Source of the DNA: Eledone cirrhosa
Lineage: Eukaryota
Assembly (NCBI GenBank): GCA_964016885.1
Contig: OZ024752.1
Location: forward strand, 29,388,001 to 29,452,000
Direction: 5' to 3'
Length of the DNA: 64,000 nt
Each line of letters starts with the position of its first letter. The first letter of the stretch is position 1. Position numbers and translations under genes: made by a program. Under the pieces are notes generated by a model. It was not told the DNA's origin, made no database searches, and saw only the letters and a list, made by a program, of their open reading frames with translations. Positions 29,101 to 43,100 of the stretch are shown here, one piece after another.

Positions 29101-32100
29101 TTATCATGTCACCAATACTAGAGAGGTAGTGTTTATCATGTCACCAGCACTAGAGAGGTAGTGTTTATCATGTCACCAGCACTAGAGAGGTAGAGTTTAT
29201 CATGTCACCAGCACTACAGTAGGTAGAGTTTATCATGTCAGCAGCACTAGAGAGGTAGAGTTTATCATGTCACCAGCACTAGAAAGGTAGAGTTTATCAT
29301 GTCACCAGCACTAGAGAGGTAGTGTTTATCATGTCACCAGCACTACAGTAGGTAGTGTTTATCATGACACCAGAACTAGAGAGGTAGAGTTTATCATGTC
29401 ACCAGCACTAGAGAGGTAGAGTTTATCATGTCACCAGCACTAGAGAGGTAGAGTTTATCATGTCACCAGCACTAGAGAGGTAGAGTTTATCATGTCACCA
29501 GCACTACAGTAGGTAGTGTTTATCATGACACCAGAACTAGAGAGGTAGAGTTTATCATGTCACCAGCACTAGAGAGGTAGAGTTTATCATGTCACCAGCA
29601 CTAGACAGGTAGAGTTTATCATGTCACCAGCACTAGAGAGGTAGAGTTTATCATGTCACCAGCACTAGAGAGGTAGAGTTTATCATGTCACCAGCACTAG
29701 AGAGGTAGAATTTATCATGTCACCAGCACTAGAGAGGTAGAGTTTATCATGTCACCAATACTAGACAGGTAGAGTTTATCATGTCACCAGCACTAGAAAG
29801 GTAGAGTTTATCATGTCACCAGCATGAGAGAGGTAGAGTTTATCATGTCACCAGCACTACAGTAGGTAGAGTTTATCATGACACCAGCACTAGAGAGGTC
29901 GAGTGTATCATGTCACCAGCACTAGAGAGGTAGAGTTTATCATGTCACCAGCACTAGAAAGGTAGAGTTTATCATGTCACCAGCACTAGAGAGGTAGAGT
30001 TTATCATGTCAACAGCACTAGACAGGTAGAGTTTATCATGTCACCAGCACTAGAGAGGTAGAGTTTATCATGTCACCAGCACTAGAGAGGTAGAGTTTAT
30101 CATGTCACCAATACTAGAGAGGTAAAGTTTATCATGACACCAGCAATACAGTAGGTAGAGTTTATCATGTCACCAGCACTAACAAGGTAGAGTTTATCAT
30201 GTCACCAGCACTAGAGAGGTAGAGTTTATCATGTCACCAATACTAGAGAGGTAAAGTTTATCACGACACCAGCACTACAGTAGGTAGTGTTTATCATGAC
30301 ACCAGCACTAGAGAGGTAGAGTCTATCATGTCACCAGCACTAGAGAGGTAGAGTTTATCATGTCACCAGCAGTAGAAAGGTAGTGTTTATCATGACACCA
30401 GCACTACAGTAGGGAGTGTTTATCATGTCACCAGCACTACAGTAGGTAGTGTTTATCATGTCACCAGCACTAGAGAGGTAGAGTTTATCATGTCACCAGC
30501 ACTAGAGAGGTAGAGTTTATCATGTCACCAGCACTAGAAAGGTAGAGTTTATCATGACACCAGCACTAGAGAGGTAGAGTTTATCATGACACCAACAGTA
30601 CAGTAGGTAGAGTTTATCATGACACCAGCAGTACAGTAGGTAGAGTTTATCATGTCACCAGCACTAGAGAGGTAGAGTTTATCATGACACCAGCACTAGA
30701 AAGGTAGAGTTTATCATGTCACGAGTACTACAGTAGGTAGAGTTTATCATGACACCAGCACTAGAGAGGTAGAGTTTATCATGTCACCAGCACTAGAAAG
30801 GTAGAGTTTATCATGTCACCAGCACTAGAGAGGTAGAGTTTATCATGACACCAACAGTACAGTAGGTAGTGTTTATCATGTCACCAGCACTAGAGAGGTA
30901 GAGTTTATCATGACACCAACAGTACAGTAGGTAGAGTTTATCATGACACCAGCACTAGAAAGGTAGAGTTTATCATGTCAACAGTACTACAGTAGGTAGT
31001 GTTTATCATGTCACCAGCACTAGAGAGGTAGAGTTTATCATGTCACCAATACTAGAGAGGTAGTGTTTATCATGTCACCAGCACTACAGAGGTAGTGTTT
31101 ATCATGTCACCAGCACTAGAGAGGTAGAGTTTATCATGTCACCAGCACTACAGTAGGTAGAGTTTATCATGTCACCAGCACTAGAGAGGTAGAGTTTATC
31201 ATGTCACCAGCACTAGAAAGGTAGAGTTTATCATGTCACCAGCACTAGAGAGGTAGTGTTTATCATGTCACCAGCACTACAGTAGGTAGTGTTTATCATG
31301 ACACCAGAACTAGAGAGGTAGAGTTTATCATGTCACCAGCACTAGAGAGGTAGAGTTTATCATGTCACCAGCACTAGACAGGTAGAGTTTATCATGTCAC
31401 CAGCACTAGAGAGGTAGAGTTTATCATGTCACCAGCACTAGAGAGGTAGAGTTTATCATGTCACCAGCACTAGAGAGGTAGAGTTTATCATGTCACCAAT
31501 ACTAGACAGGTAGAGTTTATCATGTCACCAGCACTAGACAGGTAGAGTTTATCATGTCACCAGCACTAGAGAGGTAGAGTTTATCATGTCACCAGCACTA
31601 GAGAGGTAGAGTTTATCATGTCACCAGCACTAGAGAGGTAGAGTTTATCATGTCACCAGCACTAGACAGGTAAAGTTTATCATGTCACCAGCACTAGAGA
31701 GGTAGAGTTTATCATGTCACCAGCACTAGAAAGGTAGAGTTTATCATGTCACCAGCACTAGAGAGGTAGTGTTTATCATGTCACCAGCACTACAGTAGGT
31801 AGAGTTTATCATGACACCAGCACTAGAGAGGTCGAGTGTATCATGTCACCAGCACTAGAGAGGTAGAGTTTATCATGTCACCAGCACTAGACAGGTAAAG
31901 TTTATCATGTCACCAGCACTAGAGAGGTACAGTTTATCATGTCACCAGCACTAGAGAGGTAGAGTTTATCATGTCACCAATACTAGAGAGGTAAAGTTTA
32001 TCATGACACCAGCAATACAGTAGGTAGAGTTTATCATGTCACCAGCACTAACGAGGTAGAGTTTATCATGTCACCAGCACTAGAGAGGTAGAGTTTATCA

Positions 32101-32750
32101 TGTCACCAATACTAGAGAGGTAAAGTTTATCACGACACCAGCACTACAGTAGGTAGTGTTTATCATGTCACCAGCACTAGAGAGGTAGAGTTTATCATGT
32201 CACCACCACTAGAGAGGTAGTGTTTATCATGTCACCAGCACTACAGTAGGTAGTGTTTATCATGACACCAGCACTAGAGAGGTAGAGTTTATCATGTCAC
32301 CAGCACTAGAGAGGTAGAGTTTATCATGTCACCAGCACTAGAAAGGTAGAGTTTATCATGACACCAGCACTAGAGAGGTAGAGTTTATCATGACACCAAC
32401 AGTACAGTAGGTAGAGTTTATCATGACACCAGCAGTACAGTAGGTAGAGTTTATCATGTCACCAGCACTAGAGAGGTAGAGTTTATCATGACACGAGCAC
32501 TAGAAAGGTAGAGTTTATCATGTCACGAGTACTACAGTAGGTAGAGTTTATCATGACACCAGCACTAGAGAGGTAGAGTTTATCATGTCACCAGCACTAG
32601 AAAGGTAGAGTTTATCATGTCACCAGCACTAGAGAGGTAGAGTTTATCATGACACCAACAGTACAGTAGGTAGTGTTTATCATGTCACCAGCACTAGAGA
32701 GGTAGATTTTATCATGACACCAACAGTACAGTAGGTAGAGTTTATCATGT
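26140..32750. repeat. Higher-order duplication within the satellite, period 3673 bp
   Basis: Rare variants recur at +3673: gtcaac 26340/30013, aacaagg 26508/30181, gagtct 26650/30323, aggga 26741/30414, ctacagagg 27414/31087, caggtaa 28000/31673. The copies differ at a few sites (26388/30061, 27308/30981). Confidence 0.9.
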
Positions 32751-35659
32751 CACCAGCACTAGAGAGGTAGTGTTTATCATGTCACCAGCACTACAGTAGG
32801 TAGTGTTTATCATGACACCAGAACTAGAGAGGTAGAGTTTATCATGTCACCAGCACTAGAGAGGTAGAGTTTATCATGTCACCAGCACTAGAGAGGTAGA
32901 GTTTATCATGTCACCAGCACTAGAGAGGTAGAGTTTATCATGTCACCAGCACTACAGTAGGTAGTGTTTATCATGACACCAGAACTAGAGAGGTAGAGTT
33001 TATCATGTCACCAGCACTAGAGAGGTAGAGTTTATCATGTCACCAGCACTAGACAGGTAGAGTTTATCATGTCACCAGCACTAGAGAGGTAGAGTTTATC
33101 ATGTCACCAGCACTAGAGAGGTAGAGTTTATCATGTCACCAGCACTAGAGAGGTAGAGTTTATCATGTCACCAGCACTAGAGAGGTAGAGTTTATCATGT
33201 CACCAATACTAGACAGGTAGAGTTTATCATGTCACCAGCACTAGACAGGTAGAGTTTATCATGTCACCAGCACTAGAGAGGTAGAGTTTATCATGTCACC
33301 AGCACTAGAGAGGTAGAGTTTATCATGTCACCAGCACTAGAGAGGTAGAGTTTATCATGTCACCAGCACTAGACAGGTAGAGTTTATCATGTCACCAGCA
33401 CTAGAGAGGTAGAGTTTATCATGTCACCAGCACTACAGTAGGTAGTGTTTATCATGTCACCAGCACTAGAGAGGTAGAGTTTATCATGTCACCAGCACTA
33501 GAGAGGTAGAGCTTATCATGTCACCAGCATGAGAGAGGTAGAGTTTATCATGTCACCAGCACTACAGTAGGTAGAGTTTATCATGACACCAGCACTAGAG
33601 AGGTCGAGTGTATCATGTCACCAGCACTAGAGAGGTAGAGTTTATCATGTCACCAGCACTAGAAAGGTAGAGTTTATCATGTCACCAGCACTAGAGAGGT
33701 AGAGTTTATCATGTCACCAGCACTAGACAGGTAGAGTTTATCATGTCACCAGCACTAGAGAGGTACAGTTTATCATGTCACCAGCAGTAGAAAGGTAGAG
33801 TTTATCATGACACCAGCACTAGAGAGGTAGAGTTTATCATGACACCAACAGTACAGTAGGTAGAGTTTATCATGACACCAGCAGTACAGTAGGTAGAGTT
33901 TATCATGTCACCAGCACTAGAGAGGTAGAGTTTATCATGACACCAGCACTAGAAAGGTAGAGTTTATCATGTCACCAGCACTACAGTAGGTAGAGTTTAT
34001 CATGACACCAGCACTAGAGAGGTCGAGTGTATCATGTCACCAGCACTAGAGAGGTAGAGTTTATCATGTCACCAATACTAGAGAGGTAAAGTTTATCATG
34101 ACACCAGCAATACAGTAGGTAGAGTTTATCATGTCACCAGCACTAACGAGGTAGAGTTTATCATGTCACCAGCACTAGAGAGGTAGAGTTTATCATGTCA
34201 CCAATACTAGAGAGGTAAAGTTTATCACGACACCAGCACTACAGTAGGTAGTGTTTATCATGTCACCAGCACTAGAGAGGTAGAGTTTATCATGTCACCA
34301 CCACTAGAGAGGTAGTGTTTATCATGTCACCAGCACTACAGTAGGTAGTGTTTATCATGACACCAGCACTAGAGAGGTAGAGTTTATCATGTCACCAGCA
34401 CTAGAGAGGTAGAGTTTATCATGTCACCAGCACTAGAGAGGTAGAGTTTATCATGTCACCAGCAGTAGAAAGGTAGTGTTTATCATGACACCAGCACTAC
34501 AGTAGGTAGTGTTTATCATGTCACCAGCACTACAGTAGGTAGAGTTTATCATGACACCAGCAGTACAGTAGGTAGAGTTTATCATGTCACCAGCAGTACA
34601 GTAGGTAGAGTTTATCATGTCACCAGCACTAGAGAGGTAGAGTTTATCATGTCACCAACACTAGAAAGGTAGAGTTTATCATGACACCAGCACTAGAAAG
34701 GTAGAATTTATCATGTCACCAGTACTACAGTAGGTAGTGTTTATCATGACACCAGCACTACAGTAGGTAGTTTATCATGTCACCAGCACTAGAGAGGTAG
34801 AGCTTATCATGTCACCAGCATGAGAGAGGTAGAGTTTATCATGTCACCAGCACTACAGTAGGTAGAGTTTATCATGACACCAGCACTACAGTAGGTAGTT
34901 TATCATGTCACCAGCACTAGAGGTAGAGTTTATCATGTCACCAGCACTAGAGAGGTAGAGTTTATCATGTCACCAGCACTAGAGAGGTAGAGTTTATGAT
35001 GTCACCAGCACTAGAAATGTAGAGTTTATCATGACACCAGCACTAGAGAGGTAGAGTTTATCATGACACCAACAGTACAGTAGGTAGAGTTTATCATGAC
35101 ACCAGCAGTACAGTAGGTAGTGTTTATCATGTCACCAGCACTAGAGAGGTAGAGTTTATCATGACACCAGCACTAGAGAGGTAGAGTTTATCATGACACC
35201 AACAGTACAGTAGGTAGAGTTTATCATGACACCAGCACGAGAGAGGTAGAGTTTATCATGACACCAACAGTACAGTAGGTAGAGTTTATCATGACACCAG
35301 CACTAGAGAGGTAGAGTTTATCATGACACCAACAGTACAGTAGGTAGAGTTTATCATGACACCAGCAGTACAGTAGGTAGAGTTTATCATGTCACCAGCA
35401 CTAGAGAGGTAGAGTTTATCATGACACCAGCACTAGAAAGGTAGAGTTTATCATGTCACGAGTACTACAGTAGGTAGAGTTTATCATGACACCAGCACTA
35501 GAGAGGTAGAGTTTATCATGTCACCAGCACTAGAATGGTAGAGTGTATCATGTCACCAGCACTAGAGAGGTAGAGTTTATCATGACACCAACAGTACAGT
35601 AGGTAGTGTTTATCATGTCACCAGCACTAGAGAGGTAGAGTTTATCATGACACCAACAG

Positions 35660-38600
35660 TACAGTAGGTAGAGTTTATCATGACACCAGCACTAGAAAGG
35701 TAGAGTTTATCATGTCACCAGTACTACAGTAGGTAGTGTTTATCATGTCACCAGCACTAGAGAGGTAGAGTTTATCATGTCACCAATACTAGAGAGGTAG
35801 TGTTTATCATGTCACCAGCACTAAAGAGGTAGTGTTTATCATGTCACCAGCACTAGAGAGGTAGAGTTTATCATGTCACCAGCACTACAGTAGGTAGAGT
35901 TTATCATGTCACCAGCACTAGAGAGGTAGAGTTTATCATGTCACCAGCACTAGAAAGGTAGAGTTTATCATGTCACCAGCACTAGAGAGGTAGTGTTTAT
36001 CATGTCACCAGCACTACAGTAGGTAGTGTTTATCATGACACCAGAACTAGAGAGGTAGATTTTATCATGTCACCAGCACTAGAGAGGTAGAGTTTATCAT
36101 GTCACCAGCACTAGACAGGTAGAGTTTATCATGTCACCAGCACTAGAGAGGTAGAGTTTATCATGTCACCAGCACTAGAGAGGTAGAGTTTATCATGTCA
36201 CCAGCACTAGAGAGGTAGAGTTTATCATGTCACCAGCACTAGAAAGGTAGAGTTTATCATGACACCAGCACTAGAGAGGTAGAGTTTATCATGACACCAA
36301 CAGTACAGTAGGTAGAGTTTATCATGACACCAGCAGTACAGTAGGTAGAGTTTATCATGTCACCAGCACTAGAGAGGTAGAGTTTATCATGACACCAGCA
36401 CTAGAAAGGTAGAGTTTATCATGTCACGAGTACTACAGTAGGTAGAGTTTATCATGACACCAGCACTAGAGAGGTAGAGTTTATTATGTCACCAGCACTA
36501 GAAAGGTAGAGTTTATCATGTCACCAGCACTAGAGAGGTAGAGTTTATCATGACACCAACAGTACAGTAGGTAGTGTTTATCATGTCACCAGCACTAGAG
36601 AGGTAGAGTTTATCATGACACCAACAGTACAGTAGGTAGAGTTTATCATGACACCAGCACTAGAAAGGTAGAGTTTATCATGTCACCAGTACTACAGTAG
36701 GTAGTGTTTATCATGTCACCAGCACTAGAGAGGTAGAGTTTATCATGTCACCAATACTAGAGAGGTAGTGTTTATCATGTCACCAGCACTAGAGAGGTAG
36801 TGTTTATCATGTCACCGGCACTAGAGAGGTAGAGTTTATCATGTCACCAGCACTACAGTAGGTAGAGTTTATCATGTCACCAGCACTAGAGAGGTAGAGT
36901 TTATCATGTCACCAGCACTAGAAAGGTAGAGTTTATCATGTCACCAGCACTAGAGAGGTAGTGTTTATCATGTCACCAGCACTACAGTAGGTAGTGTTTA
37001 TCATGACACCAGAACTAGAGAGGTAGAGTTTATCATGTCACCAGCACTAGAGAGGTATAGTTTATCATGTCACCAGCACTAGACAGGTAGAGTTTATCAT
37101 GTCACCAGCACTAGAGAGGTAGAGTTTATCATGTCACCAGCACTAGAGAGGTAGAGTTTATCATGTCACCAGCACTAGAGAGGTAGAGTTTATCATGTCA
37201 CCAATACTAGACAGGTAGAGTTTATCATGTCACCAGCACTAGACAGGTAGAGTTTATCATGTCACCAGCACTAGAGAGGTAGAGTTTATCATGTCACCAG
37301 CACTAGAGAGGTAGAGTTTATCATGTCACCAGCACTAGAGAGGTAGAGTTTATCATGTCACCAGCACTAGACAGGTAGAGTTTATCATGTCACCAGCACT
37401 AGAGAGCTAGAGTTTATCATGTCACCAGCACTAGAGAGATAGAGTTTATCATGTCACCAGCACTAGAGAGGTAGAGTTTATCATGTCACCAATACTAGAG
37501 AAGTAAAGTTTATCATGACACCAGCAATACAGTAGGTAGAGTTTATCATGTCACCAGCACTAACGAGGTAGAGTTTATCATGTCACCAGCACTAGAGAGG
37601 TAGAGTTTATCATGTCACCAATACTAGAGAGGTAAAGTTTATCACGACACCAGCACTACAGTAGGTAGTGTTTATCATGTCACCAGCACTAGAGAGGTAG
37701 AGTTTATCATGTCACCACCACTAGAGAGGTAGTGTTTATCATGTCACCAGTACTACAGTAGGTAGTGTTTATCATGACACCAGCACTACAGTAGGTAGTT
37801 TATCATGTCACCAGCACTAGAGAGGTAGAGCTTATCATGTCACCAGCATGAGAGAGGTAGAGTTTATCATGTCACCAGCACTACAGTAGGTAGAGTTTAT
37901 CATGACACCAGCACTAGAAAGGTAGAGTTTATCATGTCACCAGTACTACAGTAGGTAGTGTTTATCATGTCACCAGCACTAGAGAGGTAGAGTTTATCAT
38001 GTCACCAATACTAGAGAGGTAGTGTTTATCATGTCACCAGCACTAAAGAGGTAGTGTTTATCATGTCACCAGCACTAGAGAGGTAGAGTTTATCATGTCA
38101 CCAGCACTACAGTAGGTAGAGTTTATCATGTCACCAGCACTAGAGAGGTAGAGTTTATCATGTCACCAGCACTAGAAAGGTAGAGTTTATCATGTCACCA
38201 GCACTAGAGAGGTAGTGTTTATCATGTCACCAGCACTACAGTAGGTAGTGTTTATCATGACACCAGAACTAGAGAGGTAGATTTTATCATGTCACCAGCA
38301 CTAGAGAGGTAGAGTTTATCATGTCACCAGCACTAGACAGGTAGAGTTTATCATGTCACCAGCACTAGAGAGGTAGAGTTTATCATGTCACCAGCACTAG
38401 AGAGGTAGAGTTTATCATGTCACCAGCACTAGAGAGGTAGAGTTTATCATGTCACCAGCACTAGAAAGGTAGAGTTTATCATGACACCAGCACTAGAGAG
38501 GTAGAGTTTATCATGACACCAACAGTACAGTAGGTAGAGTTTATCATGACACCAGCAGTACAGTAGGTAGAGTTTATCATGTCACCAGCACTAGAGAGGT

Positions 38601-40139
38601 AGAGTTTATCATGACACCAGCACTAGAAAGGTAGAGTTTATCATGTCACGAGTACTACAGTAGGTAGAGTTTATCATGACACCAGCACTAGAGAGGTAGA
38701 GTTTATTATGTCACCAGCACTAGAAAGGTAGAGTTTATCATGTCACCAGCACTAGAGAGGTAGAGTTTATCATGACACCAACAGTACAGTAGGTAGTGTT
38801 TATCATGTCACCAGCACTAGAGAGGTAGAGTTTATCATGACACCAACAGTACAGTAGGTAGAGTTTATCATGACACCAGCACTAGAAAGGTAGAGTTTAT
38901 CATGTCACCAGTACTACAGTAGGTAGTGTTTATCATGTCACCAGCACTAGAGAGGTAGAGTTTATCATGTCACCAATACTAGAGAGGTAGTGTTTATCAT
39001 GTCACCAGCACTAGAGAGGTAGTGTTTATCATGTCACCGGCACTAGAGAGGTAGAGTTTATCATGTCACCAGCACTACAGTAGGTAGAGTTTATCATGTC
39101 ACCAGCACTAGAGAGGTAGAGTTTATCATGTCACCAGCACTAGAAAGGTAGAGTTTATCATGTCACCAGCACTAGAGAGGTAGTGTTTATCATGTCACCA
39201 GCACTACAGTAGGTAGTGTTTATCATGACACCAGAACTAGAGAGGTAGAGTTTATCATGTCACCAGCACTAGAGAGGTATAGTTTATCATGTCACCAGCA
39301 CTAGACAGGTAGAGTTTATCATGTCACCAGCACTAGAGAGGTAGAGTTTATCATGTCACCAGCACTAGAGAGGTAGAGTTTATCATGTCACCAGCACTAG
39401 AGAGGTAGAGTTTATCATGTCACCAATACTAGACAGGTAGAGTTTATCATGTCACCAGCACTAGACAGGTAGAGTTTATCATGTCACCAGCACTAGAGAG
39501 GTAGAGTTTATCATGTCACCAGCACTAGAGAGGTAGAGTTTATCATGTCACCAGCACTAGAGAGGTAGAGTTTATCATGTCACCAGCACTAGACAGGTAG
39601 AGTTTATCATGTCACCAGCACTAGAGAGCTAGAGTTTATCATGTCACCAGCACTAGAGAGATAGAGTTTATCATGTCACCAGCACTAGAGAGGTAGAGTT
39701 TATCATGTCACCAATACTAGAGAAGTAAAGTTTATCATGACACCAGCAATACAGTAGGTAGAGTTTATCATGTCACCAGCACTAACGAGGTAGAGTTTAT
39801 CATGTCACCAGCACTAGAGAGGTAGAGTTTATCATGTCACCAATACTAGAGAGGTAAAGTTTATCACGACACCAGCACTACAGTAGGTAGTGTTTATCAT
39901 GTCACCAGCACTAGAGAGGTAGAGTTTATCATGTCACCACCACTAGAGAGGTAGTGTTTATCATGTCACCAGTACTACAGTAGGTAGTGTTTATCATGAC
40001 ACCAGCACTACAGTAGGTAGTTTATCATGTCACCAGCACTAGAGAGGTAGAGCTTATCATGTCACCAGCATGAGAGAGGTAGAGTTTATCATGTCACCAG
40101 CACTACAGTAGGTAGAGTTTATCATGACACCAGCACTAG
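35660..40139. repeat. Higher-order tandem duplication within the satellite, period 2222 bp
   Basis: Rare variants recur at +2222: ctaaag 35824/38046, ggtagat 36060/38282, ttatt 36485/38707, caccgg 36817/39039, ggtat 37058/39280, gagct 37407/39629. Confidence 0.92.
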
Positions 40140-43100
40140 AGAGGTCGAGTGTATCATGTCACCAGCACTAGAGAGGTAGAGTTTATCATGTCACCAGCAC
40201 TAGAAAGGTAGAGTTTATCATGTCACCAGCACTAGAGAGGTAGAGTTTATCATGTCACCAGCACTAGACAGGTAGAGTTTATCATGTCACCAGCACTAGA
40301 GAGGTACAGTTTATCATGTCACCAGCACTAGAGAGGTAGAGTTTATCATGTCACCAATACTAGAGAGGTAAAGTTTATCATGACACCAGCAATACAGTAG
40401 GTAGAGTTTATCATGTCACCAGCACTAACGAGGTAGAGTTTATCATGTCACCAGCACTAGAGAGGTAGAGTTTATCATGTCACCAATACTAGAGAGGTAA
40501 AGTTTATCACGACACCAGCACTACAGTAGGTAGTGTTTATCATGTCACCAGCACTAGAGAGGTAGAGTTTATCATGTCACCACCACTAGAGAGGTAGTGT
40601 TTATCATGTCACCAGCACTACAGTAGGTAGTGTTTATCATGACACCAGCACTAGAGAGGTAGAGTTTATCATGTCACCAGCACTAGAGAGGTAGAGTTTA
40701 TCATGTCACCAGCACTAGAGAGGTAGAGTTTATCATGTCACCAGCACTAGAGAGGTAGAGTTTATCATGTCACCAGCAGTAGAAAGGTAGTGTTTATCAT
40801 GACACCAGCACTACAGTAGGTAGTGTTTATCATGTCACCAGCACTACAGTAGGTAGTGTTTATCATGTCACCAGCACTAGAGAGGTAGAGTTTATCATGT
40901 CACCAGCACTAGAAAGGTAGAGTTTATCATGACACCAGCACTAGAGAGGTAGAGTTTATCATGACACCAACAGTACAGTAGGTAGAGTTTATCATGACAC
41001 CAGCAGTACAGTAGGTAGAGTTTATCATGTCACCAGCAGTACAGTAGGTAGAGTTTATCATGTCACCAGCACTAGAGAGGTAGAGTTTATCATGTCACCA
41101 ACACTAGAAAGGTAGAGTTTATCATGACACCAGCACTAGAAAGGTAGAATTTATCATGTCACCAGTACTACAGTAGGTAGTGTTTATCATGACACCAGCA
41201 CTACAGTAGGTAGTTTATCATGTCACCAGCACTAGAGAGGTAGAGCTTATCATGTCACCAGCATGAGAGAGGTAGAGTTTATCATGTCACCAGCACTACA
41301 GTAGGTAGAGTTTATCATGACACCAGCACTACAGTAGGTAGTTTATCATGTCACCAGCACTAGAGGTAGAGTTTATCATGTCACCAGCACTAGAGAGGTA
41401 GAGTTTATCATGTCACCAGCACTAGAGAGGTAGAGTTTATGATGTCACCAGCACTAGAAAGGTAGAGTTTATCATGACACCAGCACTAGAGAGGTAGAGT
41501 TTATCATGACACCAACAGTACAGTAGGTAGAGTTTATCATGACACCAGCAGTACAGTAGGTAGTGTTTATCATGTCACCAGCACTAGAGAGGTAGAGTTT
41601 ATCATGACACCAGCACTAGAGAGGTAGAGTTTATCATGACACCAACAGTACAGTAGGTAGAGTTTATCATGACACCAGCACTAGAGAGGTAGAGTTTATC
41701 ATGACACCAACAGTATAGTAGGTAGAGTTTATCATGACACCAGCACTAGAGAGGTAGAGTTTATCATGACACCAACAGTACAGTAGGTAGAGTTTATCAT
41801 GACACCAGCAGTACAGTAGGTAGAGTTTATCATGTCACCAGCACTAGAGAGGTAGAGTTTATCATGACACCAGCACTAGAAAGGTAGAGTTTATCATGTC
41901 ACGAGTACTACAGTAGGTAGAGTTTATCATGACACCAGCACTAGAGAGGTAGAGTTTATCATGTCACCAGCACTAGAATGGTAGAGTTTATCATGTCACC
42001 AGCACTAGAGAGGTAGAGTTTATCATGACACCAACAGTACAGTAGGTAGTGTTTATCATGTCACCAGCACTAGAGAGGTAGAGTTTATCATGACACCAAC
42101 AGTACAGTAGGTAGAGTTTATCATGACACCAGCACTAGAAAGGTAGAGTTTATCATGTCACCAGTACTACAGTAGGTAGTGTTTATCATGTCACCAGCAC
42201 TAGAGAGGTAGAGTTTATCATGTCACCAATACTAGAGAGGTAGTGTTTATCCTGTCACCAGCACTAAAGAGGTAGTGTTTATCATGTCACCAGCACTAGA
42301 GAGGTAGAGTTTATCATGTCACCAGCACTACAGTAGGTAGAGTTTATCATGTCACCAGCACTAGAGAGGTAGAGTTTATCATGTCACCAGCACTAGAAAG
42401 GTAGAGTTTATCATGTCACCAGCACTAGAGAGGTAGTGTTTATCATGTCACCAGCACTACAGTAGGTAGTGTTTATCATGACACCAGAACTAGAGAGGTA
42501 GAGTTTATCATGTCACCAGCACTAGAGAGGTAGAGTTTATCATGTCACCAGCACTAGACAGGTAGAGTTTATCATGTCACCAGCACTAGAGAGGTAGAGT
42601 TTATCATGTCACCACCACTAGAGAGGTAGAGTTTATCATGTCACCAGCACTAGAGAGGTAGAGTTTATCATGTCACCAGCACTAGAGAGGTAGAGTTTAT
42701 CATGTCACCAATACTAGACAGGTAGAGTTTATCATGTCACCAGCACTAGACAGGTAGAGTTTATCATGTCACCAGCACTAGAGAGGTAGAGTTTATCATG
42801 TCACCAGCACTAGAGAGGTAGAGTTTATCATGTCACCAGCACTAGAGAGGTAGAGTTTATCATGTCACCAGCACTAGACAGGTAGAGTTTATCATGTCAC
42901 CAGCACTAGAGAGGTAGAGTTTATCATGTCACCAGCACTACAGTAGGTAGTGTTTATCATGTCACCAGCACTAGAGAGGTAGAGTTTATCATGTCACCAG
43001 CACTAGAGAGGTAGTGTTTATCATGTCACCAGCACTACAGTAGGTAGTGTTTATCATGACACCAGAACTAGAGAGGTAGAGTTTATCATGTCACCAGCAC